Sequence record: DRR723986_1873
Direction: 5' to 3' (one strand)
DNA: 64,000 nt
Shown here: positions 20,441-29,740 of the stretch, piece after piece
How the letters are laid out: each line of letters begins with the position of its first letter
Numbering within the stretch: the first letter of the stretch is position 1
Program-made: the position numbers and the translations under genes
The notes under the pieces: model-generated
What the model was told of the DNA's origin: nothing
Database searches by the model: none
The model's input: the letters and a program-made list of their open reading frames with translations, nothing else

Positions 20441-23400
20441 TTAGTGGCCGGTCGAAGAATCCGTACCAACCGGCGCGGTGGCCCCCGCGGGGCCCGGCGC
20501 GACCTTGCGCGAGGTATATTCCAGCACCATCACTGTCAGGGCCGGCAACATGGTCAGGGTGACCAGGGCGGCGCCGAGAATGCCAAACATGACGATCGCC
20601 CCCACGCCCCGGTACAGCTCGGTGCCAGCGCCCGGGATGAGTACCAGCGGCGCGAGGCCGAAGATGGTGGTGATGGTAGACATGGCGATGGGTCGCAGCC
20701 GCGCTTCCACCGCCTCGATTACCGCCGGCAGCGGGGCCAGCCCGCGCTCGTTCACGTTGCTTACTGCCCGGTGGACGATCAGGATCGGGTTGTTGACCAC
20801 CGTGCCCATGAGAATCAGGAATCCCAGCATGGAAATCATGTCAAAAGGCTGGGATATCCCGGTGAGCCCGAGCAGCGGCAGCACAGCACCCACCCCGTTA
20901 AGCAGCGCCAGGCCAACGATGCCGCCGGCAATACCCAGGGGAATCGAGGTCATGATCAGCAGCGGGTAGCCCCAGTGCCCGAAGATCGCCACCAGCAACA
21001 GGTAGATGATGAACAGGGCCACCAGGTAATTACCCAGCAGCGCGTCCCGGGTCGCGTCCAACTGGTCCGCCGCGCCCGAGATATCGATATCGACGCCGGC
21101 GGGGATTTCACCGCGCTCACGCAGGTGCTGCACCAGTTCCGCGCGCACCCGTTCTACCCCGGTTTCGAGCGGCACGCTGCGCGGCGGGATGATGTTGAGG
21201 GTCACCGTGCGGCGGCCGTTAACCCGGCGCAGGGAATCCGTGTCGATGGTTTCCTCGATCGCCACCAGCGAACCCAGCGGCAGGACCGTACCCGAGGGTG
21301 TGTACACCGGCAGCTGGGCCAGGTTGTCCAGCTGCGCGTCCTGGCCGACATCGCTGTAAAGGTAGATATCGATCTTGTCGTCGCCCTGGAAAAACTCGTC
21401 CACGTAACTGCCGTCGGTCAGCGCCGCAACGGTGAAACCCAGTTCTTCCGCAGTCAAACCGAGCTCCGCCGCCCGCTCCCAGTCAGGGCGGATCTCCACC
21501 ATGGGCTGGGCCAGGGTCAGGGCCGATGGCTGGCTCTGGATACGCGGGTTGTCGAAGACCTCCTCCGCCCGCTGGTAAGCCGCCTGCGCGACCCGGTAAA
21601 TCTCGCCGAGATCCGAGCCCGCAATGTCCAGGTTGATGCTGCGGGTGCCGCCGTCATTGCTGCTGATGATGGACCCGCGCGCAGCGAAGGCCCGCATACC
21701 GGGGTACTCGCGGTACTTGCTGGTGATCGCATCCATCAGCGCTTCGATATCCGCCACGTCGGTGGGTTCGGAGACAATCCGGATCTGGCCGGTGGACACC
21801 CGGAAGTTCAGGTAGCTGATCGATGGCACGCTGCTCTCGCCCCGGTGAAACAGGTCAGGGTCGGCGCCCACGTGGGGCAGGAAGTATTGCTCGACCTCGT
21901 CACCGATCGCCTGCATGGCCGGCAGGTTGTAGCCCGGCGGAGCACTCATCACCGCAAAGACCTTGGGCTCCTCGCCCTCCGGCAGGTACTCGGCTGCCGG
22001 GGTCAGGAACAGGATGATGCCCAGGCTTGCCACCACGGTCGCCAGTACACAGGCCATGCGCCGGCGGGACGTTGCCAGGATACCCCCGACACCACGCAAG
22101 GTCCGGTCGCGCCAGCGCTGGGCCGCGCCCTGCAGGGCCGAGCCGGGCCGCTCGGTTGGGGTAAACCGGGCGGCGGCGGTGGGCAGCACGGTGATGGCCA
22201 CCAGCATGGACGCCAGGATCGCGGCCGATACCGCAATGGCGACGTCGGAATAAAGCTGCCCGGCCTCCTGCTCGACAAAGGCCACTGGGATGAACACCAG
22301 CACCGTGGTCATGGTCGAGGCAAAGACCGCCGGCCAGACCTGGCGCACACCCTCCAGCGCGGCCCGCATCCGGTCGGCGCCCTTGCGCCGCTCCAGCTCG
22401 ATGCTCTCCAGCACCACGATACTGTTATCCAGGGTCATGCCGATGGCGAAGGCAATGCCCGCGAGGGAGATGACATTGATGGTGCGACCGGCGAGCAGCA
22501 GGCCGAGGAAGGCCACGATGATACAGATCGGTATCCCGATGATCCCGATCAGGGTCGTCCTGGCCGAGCGCAGGAACAGGTACATCACCACGGTTGCCAG
22601 CAATGCGCCAAGGAACAGGTTCTGCCATACGTTGCGCACCGAGTTCTCAACGTACTGCACATCGTCTGAGGTGAGGATCATGCTCAACCCGGTGGGTTCA
22701 AGCAGGTCGCGATTGATCGCCTCCAGTTCGGCGAGAATCGCCCGCTTGATTTCAATGACATTGGAGCCGGACTCCCGGCGCAGGGCAAGCCCGATGCTCG
22801 GCTCGCCGTTGATGCTGGAGGCGCCGCGCTTTTCAAAATGGTCGAGACGGACCTCGGCGACATCCGCCAGCCGGATGATGGCGTCGCCGCGCCGGGCCAG
22901 TACCAGGTCATTGAGCTCATCCAGCGATTCGAAACGACCGATGGTCCGCAGCAGGTACTGTCGCTTTCCCGCCTCCACCTCGCCACCGGAACGATCACGG
23001 TTGCGACTACGGATCGCGCTGCGCACATCCGACAGGCTGAGCCCGCGCTGGGCCAGACTGGCCGGATCGACCAGGATCTGCACCTGGCGCTCCGCACCTC
23101 CCCAGACGGCAACCTCGGAAATACCGGGCACCCGCGACATGCGGGGCTTCACGTTGTCTTCAATGAAATCCACCGTCAGGTCCAGGTCCAGCTGACGCGG
23201 GTTCCCCGGCAGCGGGCTGATGGCGAAGAACATGAAGTAGTTGGCGGAGAACGAGGTGGCGTAGATCCTCGGCTCGTCAACGTTCTCCGGGTAGGACGGC
23301 ACCTGGCTGAGCGCGTTGTTGACCCGGATGAGCATTTCGGTGATATCGGTGCCGAAGGGAAACTCGAGCTCGATCTGGGCCTGGCCGCTGCTGGCACTGG

Positions 23401-23638
23401 CAAGAATGCGCGACAGGCTGGGCAGGTTGCGCAGGTATTCCTCCTGCTCCACGAGGATTTCCTTTTCCACATCCTGGGGCGACGCGCCGGGCCAGCTGGT
23501 GCGCACGCTGATCACTCTCACGTCCAGGTCGGGAATCATCTGCACCGGTATACGCAGTGCAGCCACGATCCCCAGCAGGCAAAGAATGAGTACGGTGACC
23601 GTGGTCAGGGTGCCGCGCTGGATAACGTGTTCAAACAT
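20441..23638 (-). CDS. RND efflux permease (AcrB/AcrD/AcrF family)
   Basis: 1065 aa with two large periplasmic loops; GMTLDNSIVVLE and RLRPIAMSTITT motifs. Confidence 0.93.
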   Translation of the reverse strand: MFEHVIQRGTLTTVTVLILCLLGIVAALRIPVQMIPDLDVRVISVRTSWPGASPQDVEKEILVEQEEYLRNLPSLSRILASASSGQAQIELEFPFGTDITEMLIRVNNALSQVPSYPENVDEPRIYATSFSANYFMFFAISPLPGNPRQLDLDLTVDFIEDNVKPRMSRVPGISEVAVWGGAERQVQILVDPASLAQRGLSLSDVRSAIRSRNRDRSGGEVEAGKRQYLLRTIGRFESLDELNDLVLARRGDAIIRLADVAEVRLDHFEKRGASSINGEPSIGLALRRESGSNVIEIKRAILAELEAINRDLLEPTGLSMILTSDDVQYVENSVRNVWQNLFLGALLATVVMYLFLRSARTTLIGIIGIPICIIVAFLGLLLAGRTINVISLAGIAFAIGMTLDNSIVVLESIELERRKGADRMRAALEGVRQVWPAVFASTMTTVLVFIPVAFVEQEAGQLYSDVAIAVSAAILASMLVAITVLPTAAARFTPTERPGSALQGAAQRWRDRTLRGVGGILATSRRRMACVLATVVASLGIILFLTPAAEYLPEGEEPKVFAVMSAPPGYNLPAMQAIGDEVEQYFLPHVGADPDLFHRGESSVPSISYLNFRVSTGQIRIVSEPTDVADIEALMDAITSKYREYPGMRAFAARGSIISSNDGGTRSINLDIAGSDLGEIYRVAQAAYQRAEEVFDNPRIQSQPSALTLAQPMVEIRPDWERAAELGLTAEELGFTVAALTDGSYVDEFFQGDDKIDIYLYSDVGQDAQLDNLAQLPVYTPSGTVLPLGSLVAIEETIDTDSLRRVNGRRTVTLNIIPPRSVPLETGVERVRAELVQHLRERGEIPAGVDIDISGAADQLDATRDALLGNYLVALFIIYLLLVAIFGHWGYPLLIMTSIPLGIAGGIVGLALLNGVGAVLPLLGLTGISQPFDMISMLGFLILMGTVVNNPILIVHRAVSNVNERGLAPLPAVIEAVEARLRPIAMSTITTIFGLAPLVLIPGAGTELYRGVGAIVMFGILGAALVTLTMLPALTVMVLEYTSRKVAPGPAGATAPVGTDSSTGH

Positions 23639-23650
23639 GATCGCTGCGCC

Positions 23651-24763
23651 TCATTGTCCGGCCGCCGGCACAATCCGCACCCGTTGGCCCGGCCGCAGAG
23701 CCTCGTTGCCCTGCACTACCACCCGGGCACCCGCCTCGAGGCCGCGACTGACCTCGAACTGGCCCTGGAACTGGATGCCGATCTGGACCACGCGCTCGCT
23801 CGCCACCGGACCTTCAGGAGAATCTTCAACTACCCAGATCACCGCGCGACCATCCGGATAACGCAGTACTGCATCACGGGAGACCACCACGCCATCGCCA
23901 CCGGCGTTCAGCTGCAGGTTGGCGCGCACCGAACGGCCCGGTACCAGGGCCGGGTCCTCACTGTCAGGCAGGACGCGCAACAGGAAGGTGCGATCCTCGG
24001 GATCCGCCACCGGTACTACGGTGGCTACCCGTCCGCTGCGCGGACCCTCGCCCCCGGCCGCCAGCGCATAGCTTACCGCCGTGCCGGGGCCAATAGCGGA
24101 AACATGGTTCTCGGAGACCGCAAAATCCAGGCGCAACTGGCTGGTGGACACCAGTTCCAGCACCGCCTGGCCCGGGGTTACCCACTCGCCCAGCTCCGTT
24201 AGGCGCTCGCTGACCACGCCGTCAAAAGGGGCCAGCACCGAATGTCGCTGCACCAGTGCCCGGCTGAAACCGGCCTCCGCCTGCATTTCCCGCAGCACGG
24301 CGCCGTCCTCCTCCACCTCGGCGGCAAGGTCCCGCACCACGCTTTGGGCAATACTGCGCTGGGGCGCAAGCTCCCGGGCTTCGCGCAGGCGTCGCTCTGC
24401 ATCAGCCAGGGCGTTCTCCGCCTGCGCTACCCGGGCCTCCGCTGCCTGCAACTGCAGCCGGGCCAGCTCAGAATCCAGCTGCAACAGGACATCGCCCGCG
24501 GCGACGCGTGAGCCCTCGTCGATCTCGATCTCCTGCACCAGACCGCTGGTGGCGGCAGACAGGCGCGCACTGCGGGCCGAGGTCACCGTGCCGGTGACCT
24601 GTACTTCCCGAAAGACCGGCGCCACTTGCGCCGGAGCGATCACCACCGGCACGCCCTCCTCGGCCTGCGCCAGGGTGGCAGGACTGACACCTGCCATCGA
24701 CACCAGATACGCGGCAAGCAGCAGGCCGATCCTGTAGGGGGCTATCACGCGGGCAATCCTCAT
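23651..24763 (-). CDS. RND periplasmic adaptor (membrane fusion protein)
   Basis: Lipoyl half-motifs (VAAGDVLLQLD, APFDGVV) and coiled coil; ATG at 24763 after AGGAG. Confidence 0.9.
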   Translation of the reverse strand: MRIARVIAPYRIGLLLAAYLVSMAGVSPATLAQAEEGVPVVIAPAQVAPVFREVQVTGTVTSARSARLSAATSGLVQEIEIDEGSRVAAGDVLLQLDSELARLQLQAAEARVAQAENALADAERRLREARELAPQRSIAQSVVRDLAAEVEEDGAVLREMQAEAGFSRALVQRHSVLAPFDGVVSERLTELGEWVTPGQAVLELVSTSQLRLDFAVSENHVSAIGPGTAVSYALAAGGEGPRSGRVATVVPVADPEDRTFLLRVLPDSEDPALVPGRSVRANLQLNAGGDGVVVSRDAVLRYPDGRAVIWVVEDSPEGPVASERVVQIGIQFQGQFEVSRGLEAGARVVVQGNEALRPGQRVRIVPAAGQ

Positions 24764-25003
24764 CGGCTCCTGGAGCCAGAATAGTTGTCTGGGGTAACGG
24801 GGCTCATTCTCCGCCACTATGATCGGCAGTGTTACGTTTTTCTTCGCCAGGCCGATCAGGATTGATTATCCCATAGCGGTTGCCGGGCTGGCAGCCAAAC
24901 CCCTGCCCGACTGCGGGCGGGCAGCCCGTGCGGCCATGTCATCGAGGCGCACTTCCCCGTACCATACGCGCCAAGCATTTTAGCCAGGCAAGGAATCAAG
25001 CCC

Positions 25004-26503
25004 ATGAGCCAGACGACTACCCAGCCGCCAGCGGCCGGTGAACACGTGGATGTCCTGATAGTCGGCGCCGGGATCTCCGGTATCGGTGCGGCACACCACC
25101 TGCTCGACAGCTGCCCCGGCAAGCGCTTCCTCATCCTTGAGAACAAGGCTTCCTACGGCGGCACCTGGGAGCAGCACAGCTACCCCGGGATTCGCTCCGA
25201 CAGCGACCTGTACACCTTCGGTTACCGCTTCAAGCCCTGGACCGGACAGCCCATCGCCGGGCGCGAGGCCATCCTGGACTACCTCGGCGAAGCCATCGAG
25301 GAGGATCAGCTCGACCAGTACATACGCTATAGCCATCAGGTCCTCAGCGCCTCTTGGTCCAGCGCCGAGCAGCACTGGCTGGTGCGCGCGCGGCGCACCG
25401 ATACCGGCGAAGAACTGGCTTTCACCACCGGTTTCCTGTGGATGTGCCAGGGCTACTATCGCCACGCCCAGGGCTACACCCCCCACTGGGAGGGTATGGA
25501 GAGCTTCAGCGGCCCAATCGTTCACCCCCAGACCTGGCCCGAAGACCTCGACTACGCCGGCAAACGCGTGGTGGTCATCGGCTCCGGAGCCACAGCGGCC
25601 ACCCTGATCCCCAGCATGGCCGACGACTGCGCCCACATCACCATGCTGCAGCGCTCGCCCACCTACTTCTGGACCGGGGAGAACCGCAACGAACTCGCAG
25701 ACCAGCTGCGCGAACTGGAGGTGCCCGAGGAGTGGATTCACGAGATCGTGCGCCGCAGCATCCTGAAACTGGCCAAGGACATCCAGTACCTGTCCGCCTC
25801 CGACCCGGAAATCATCAAGGCCGAACTGTTCAAGGTCATCAGGGAGTACCTGGGTGACGATTTCGATATGAGCCACTTCACCCCCAGCTACCGCCCCTGG
25901 CAGCAGCGCCTGGCCTATGTGCCGGACGGCGACCTGTTCAACGCAATCAAGTCGGGCAAGGTATCGGTGGTGACGGACGAGATCGACCGCTTCACAGAGG
26001 ACGGGATTGTTACCCGTTCCGGCGAGCTGCTGGAGGCGGACATTATCATCACCGCGACCGGGTTCGAGCTCTGCGTCATGGGCGATATCGCCTTCGATGT
26101 CGACGGTGACCCGGTGGACTTCGCCAAAACCACGACCTACCGCGGGGTGATGAACTCCGGCGTCCCCAATATGGCATTCATGTTCGGCTACCTGCGCACC
26201 AGCTGGACCATGCGCGTGGACCTGTTATGCGACTTTGTCTGCCGCCTGCTGCAACACATGGATGAGCTTGGCGCGGCGGTAGTGACCCCCACGCTTGGCG
26301 AGCGGGATCGCGATATGCCGATGCTGCCCTGGATCGACGAGGAGGAGTTCAACCCGGGCTATATGCAGCGCAGTATTCACCTGATGCCCCGCCGGGGAAG
26401 CCACGAACCCTGGCAGTTCACCACCGATTACTATGTTGAGAAAGACCAGTTGCCGGCGGTAGACCTGGACGAAGAGGCGCTGGTCTACGACGCGGCGGGC
26501 TGA
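25004..26503 (+). CDS. Flavin-containing monooxygenase (EthA-like Baeyer-Villiger family)
   Basis: GAGISG, YPGIRSDSD, FSGPIVHPQTWP fingerprint and GSGATA. Confidence 0.92.
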   Translation: MSQTTTQPPAAGEHVDVLIVGAGISGIGAAHHLLDSCPGKRFLILENKASYGGTWEQHSYPGIRSDSDLYTFGYRFKPWTGQPIAGREAILDYLGEAIEEDQLDQYIRYSHQVLSASWSSAEQHWLVRARRTDTGEELAFTTGFLWMCQGYYRHAQGYTPHWEGMESFSGPIVHPQTWPEDLDYAGKRVVVIGSGATAATLIPSMADDCAHITMLQRSPTYFWTGENRNELADQLRELEVPEEWIHEIVRRSILKLAKDIQYLSASDPEIIKAELFKVIREYLGDDFDMSHFTPSYRPWQQRLAYVPDGDLFNAIKSGKVSVVTDEIDRFTEDGIVTRSGELLEADIIITATGFELCVMGDIAFDVDGDPVDFAKTTTYRGVMNSGVPNMAFMFGYLRTSWTMRVDLLCDFVCRLLQHMDELGAAVVTPTLGERDRDMPMLPWIDEEEFNPGYMQRSIHLMPRRGSHEPWQFTTDYYVEKDQLPAVDLDEEALVYDAAG

Positions 26504-26516
26504 GTTCAGCCCCGGG

Positions 26517-26957
26517 TCAGTTCATGACCCGGAACAGCAGCGCCAGGCGCTTGCCCCGGGTCAGTTCGCGCAGGAAGCGCCGCGGCTCTGCGTCATCGAA
26601 CAGGAAGTTGGAAAAACCGGGCAGCAGGCTGACATCCACCTCGTCCAGGTCGAGGAAGCCCATCTGCCAGTCCGGAAACTCTCGCGACGGTGCCGGCCCT
26701 TTGAACAGCACCTCAATCTTCTGGTGACGCTTATCGGCCTGGATCTTCTTGAACAGCGCGTTGACATTCTCTTCGCTACCCTCGATCACCTGGAAAAACG
26801 AGTCCTGGCGGTGCAGTAGCAATCCGCTGATCCCTGCTTTCTCGTTCTCGTCACGGGCGAAATTCAGCAAGGTGATGAGGTCAGCCCCCTTCATGCTCCG
26901 GGTCTGGGTACTGACATAGCCGAGTTGATACAGCGGGGCGTTTTCAGGTTCTTCCAT
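26517..26957 (-). CDS. Short stand-alone BLUF blue-light photoreceptor
   Basis: YVS...NEKAGISGLL...FFQVIEG...DKRH...FPDWQM with conserved Tyr, Asn, Gln, Trp and Met; ATG at 26957 after GAGG. Confidence 0.92.
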   Translation of the reverse strand: MEEPENAPLYQLGYVSTQTRSMKGADLITLLNFARDENEKAGISGLLLHRQDSFFQVIEGSEENVNALFKKIQADKRHQKIEVLFKGPAPSREFPDWQMGFLDLDEVDVSLLPGFSNFLFDDAEPRRFLRELTRGKRLALLFRVMN

Positions 26958-27106
26958 CGAGCCAACCTCGCTCAAACCGCGGGTGCGTGGTGTCATGGCT
27001 GCGGCGCCCCCTGGCGCTGGCTGAGTCCGCCACTCGGAACCGGGTTTCCGGCCTCGAATCTGCGGCGGGTGCCCCGCGAAAATCGCCGGTGGCACTTGAG
27101 AGTTTG

Positions 27107-27155
27107 ATTATAGTCAACTATATTTGACATTACAAAGTATAAACTTAAGTTGACA
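27107..27155. promoter_or_regulatory. Divergent BLUF/acsF promoters with paired PpsR-like operators
   Basis: AGTCAACTATATTTGACA (27112-27129) and TATAAACTTAAGTTGACA (27138-27155), 8 nt apart; minus TTGTAA-17-TATAAT, plus TTGACA-16-TAAGTT. Confidence 0.78.
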
Positions 27156-27185
27156 CATTGTCGGACCATCATGAGGACCGCCGTC

Positions 27186-28250
27186 ATGAGCGAACAACGC
27201 CCTTCCCAGCCCATTAACGATACGACCCAAATGGCTGTTGAAAGCCAGATGCTGGCACCGCGCTTCTACCGAACGGACAACAAGGCATTGGAAAAACTCG
27301 ATATCACGCCAGTACGACGTGAATGGGATGCCATGATGCACGAATTCGAGGAAGATCGAAACCGCGGCCACTTCCGCCGGGACTTCGAGTACGACACCAG
27401 CACCCTCGACAATAACCCGGCACTGAAGGAAGAGTTCCTGGACTTTCTGGTCAGTTCCATCACCGCCGAATACTCCGGCTGCGTCTTGTACCAGGACATC
27501 AAGAAGAGCGTGGACCACCCTGAAATCGCCAGCCTGATGGGCTATATGGCCCGGGACGAATCCCGCCACGCGGGCTTCATTAACAAGGCGCTGAAACAGC
27601 TCGGCGTGGCTGTGGACCTGGGCTTTCTCAAGCGGGCCAAGAAATACACCTACTTCCGGCCGAAGTTTATCTATTACGCCACCTACCTGTCAGAGAAGAT
27701 CGGCTACGCGCGCTATATCACCATCTACCGTCATCTCGAGCGCCACCCGGAGTTCCGCTTTCACCCGATCTTCGACTGGTTCATGGAGTGGTGTAATGAC
27801 GAGTTCCGCCACGGCGAGGCTTTCGCCCTGCTGATGCGCGCCAACCCCTCCCTGCTCACCGGGCATAACAAGCTGTGGATCCGGTTCTTCGTGATCGCGG
27901 TCTACTCGACCATGTACGTGCGCGACCACTCCCGGCCGGAATTGTATAAGGCCCTGGGCATGGATCCGACAGCCTTCGACCACCGGGTGTTCGACATCAC
28001 CACCGAGATTACCCGCCAGGTGTTCCCGCTGACCGTAGACACCCACGACCCACGCTTCCGTGCCGGGCTGGAGAAGCTGCGGGAAATCAACATCAAGGTG
28101 GAAGCCGCACGCCAGCGCAAGGGCCTGTGGTCCGCGCTGCAGCGGGGCGGCCTGTCGCTGGCCGCGGCCACAGTCTTCGCACGGCTCTACCTGCTGCCCA
28201 CCCGGAGCAACGAATTACCGAAAGACGTGTGCATGGCGCCCGCCTGGTAG
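27186..28250 (+). CDS. acsF: O2-dependent Mg-protoporphyrin IX monomethyl ester cyclase
   Basis: [32 protein letters not shown] and NDEFRHG diiron motifs. Confidence 0.96.
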   Translation: MSEQRPSQPINDTTQMAVESQMLAPRFYRTDNKALEKLDITPVRREWDAMMHEFEEDRNRGHFRRDFEYDTSTLDNNPALKEEFLDFLVSSITAEYSGCVLYQDIKKSVDHPEIASLMGYMARDESRHAGFINKALKQLGVAVDLGFLKRAKKYTYFRPKFIYYATYLSEKIGYARYITIYRHLERHPEFRFHPIFDWFMEWCNDEFRHGEAFALLMRANPSLLTGHNKLWIRFFVIAVYSTMYVRDHSRPELYKALGMDPTAFDHRVFDITTEITRQVFPLTVDTHDPRFRAGLEKLREINIKVEAARQRKGLWSALQRGGLSLAAATVFARLYLLPTRSNELPKDVCMAPAW

Positions 28251-28257
28251 CGCGGCG

Positions 28258-28530
28258 TCAGCCGCTGCGCGGCCAGCGCCGATAGAGATCGTAGAGATGG
28301 GCGGCGAAAGCCGCCAGCAGGGCGATGGCCATCAGCTGCCACGCGCCTCCGGTAAGGGCCAGGCGTAAGGCCAGCAGCAGCGCCGCACCCGAGGCCAGAT
28401 ACGGCAGGACCGAACCCAGCTCGGGCCCGGGGCGCCCGAGGCCCCGCCACAGCGCCAGCCCAAACAGCTCTAACAGCATCAGCAACAGAATCAGGTCGAC
28501 CACGTGGCCGCTGTCAAACAAGGCCGCCAT
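28258..28530 (-). CDS. Small hypothetical membrane protein (90 aa) downstream of bchP
   Basis: Three hydrophobic segments; ATG 7 nt after the bchP stop. Confidence 0.7.
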   Translation of the reverse strand: MAALFDSGHVVDLILLLMLLELFGLALWRGLGRPGPELGSVLPYLASGAALLLALRLALTGGAWQLMAIALLAAFAAHLYDLYRRWPRSG

Positions 28531-28537
28531 CAGCTTG

Positions 28538-29734
28538 TCAGGCGCGGGCAAGCCCGAGCAACTGCGCCAGGTCCTTGAAGAACACTCGCACATGGGCCAC
28601 CGGACGTGAGCGCACCAGCTCCTTGCGGGTATAGGCCTGCCAGGTCAGGTATTGCACATCGGGATCGCGACACATCGCCACAAACTTCTCCCGGCGCTTG
28701 TCGTTGACGTACCAGAAGCGTTGCAGCAACCCCAGCACCCAGAATACCCGGCCGTGCAGGCGCAGGAACTCCTTACGCGCCCGGCGCAGGGCCCGTGCAT
28801 CGCCAGTGGCGAGGAACTCGGCCACCGCGGTGGCCGCCAGGCGACCACCGAGCATCGCGTAGTAAATGCCTTCACCCGAGGCCGGCGCAACCACGCCAGC
28901 GGCGTCACCAGCCAGCAATACACTGCGGCCATCGTCCCAGCGCTTCAACGGTTTCAGCGGAATCGGTGCGCCCTCGCGGCGCACAGTTTCGGCAGCATCC
29001 AGTTCCACATCACGGCGCAGGGCCGTGACTGCAGCCGGCGCGGAGAAGTCCTTATGCGCACTGCCGACCCCGATACTGGTCTTGTCGCCATGCGGAAAAA
29101 CCCAGGCATAGAAGTCAGGGGATAGCCGGCCCTGGTACCAGACATCGCAGCGACTGCGGCTGAAGTTGTCCGGCGAGGCCTGCTCCGGTGAGCGCACGAT
29201 CTCGTGGTACGCAAAGACGCACTTCAGTTTTTCCGCACCCGGCACGCACTGCCGCGCAACGCGCGACTTGGCACCGTCGGCGCCGATTACCGCACGCGCG
29301 GTCACTGCGGTCTCCTGTCCCGAACGGGACTTGTCACGGAACACGACCCGGACACTGCCATCCTCCCGGTACTGCAGGGACTGGAAAGCCGCGGTGCGCA
29401 CCTCGGCGCCCGCGTCCTGCGCCCGCTGACGCAGCCAGGGATCAAAGGTATCCCGGTCCACCATGCCGACATAGGTATCAGCAATCGGCATTTCGACCCG
29501 CTGGTCCGCCGGAGAAATCATCCGCGCCGACTGGATTCGCGCCACCAGCAGGTACTGCGGTATCTCGAACTCCTCGATAAGGCGCGGGGGAATCGCCCCG
29601 CCGCAGGGTTTGATCCGGAAGCTGCGCTCCAGCAGCAGCACGCGGACCCCCTCGCGGGCGAGATCGGTGGCGGCGGTGGCTCCCGAGGGTCCCCCGCCAA
29701 CGACCACCACATCGTAATCAGTCGCGGCATTCAT
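28538..29734 (-). CDS. bchP: Geranylgeranyl reductase
   Basis: GGGPSG, IKPCGGAIP, SPDFYAWVFPH and GEGIYYA motifs. Confidence 0.96.
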   Translation of the reverse strand: MNAATDYDVVVVGGGPSGATAATDLAREGVRVLLLERSFRIKPCGGAIPPRLIEEFEIPQYLLVARIQSARMISPADQRVEMPIADTYVGMVDRDTFDPWLRQRAQDAGAEVRTAAFQSLQYREDGSVRVVFRDKSRSGQETAVTARAVIGADGAKSRVARQCVPGAEKLKCVFAYHEIVRSPEQASPDNFSRSRCDVWYQGRLSPDFYAWVFPHGDKTSIGVGSAHKDFSAPAAVTALRRDVELDAAETVRREGAPIPLKPLKRWDDGRSVLLAGDAAGVVAPASGEGIYYAMLGGRLAATAVAEFLATGDARALRRARKEFLRLHGRVFWVLGLLQRFWYVNDKRREKFVAMCRDPDVQYLTWQAYTRKELVRSRPVAHVRVFFKDLAQLLGLARA

Positions 29735-29740
29735 CCGGCA

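Noticed and set aside
19793-22669. 958-aa plus-strand ORF
   Set aside because: Antisense shadow of the RND and DUF1214 genes; typical of high-GC codon bias and has no recognisable motifs
26504-27185. PGC left boundary as a mobile or HGT island junction
   Set aside because: No integrase, transposase, tRNA or direct repeat, and no visible compositional break
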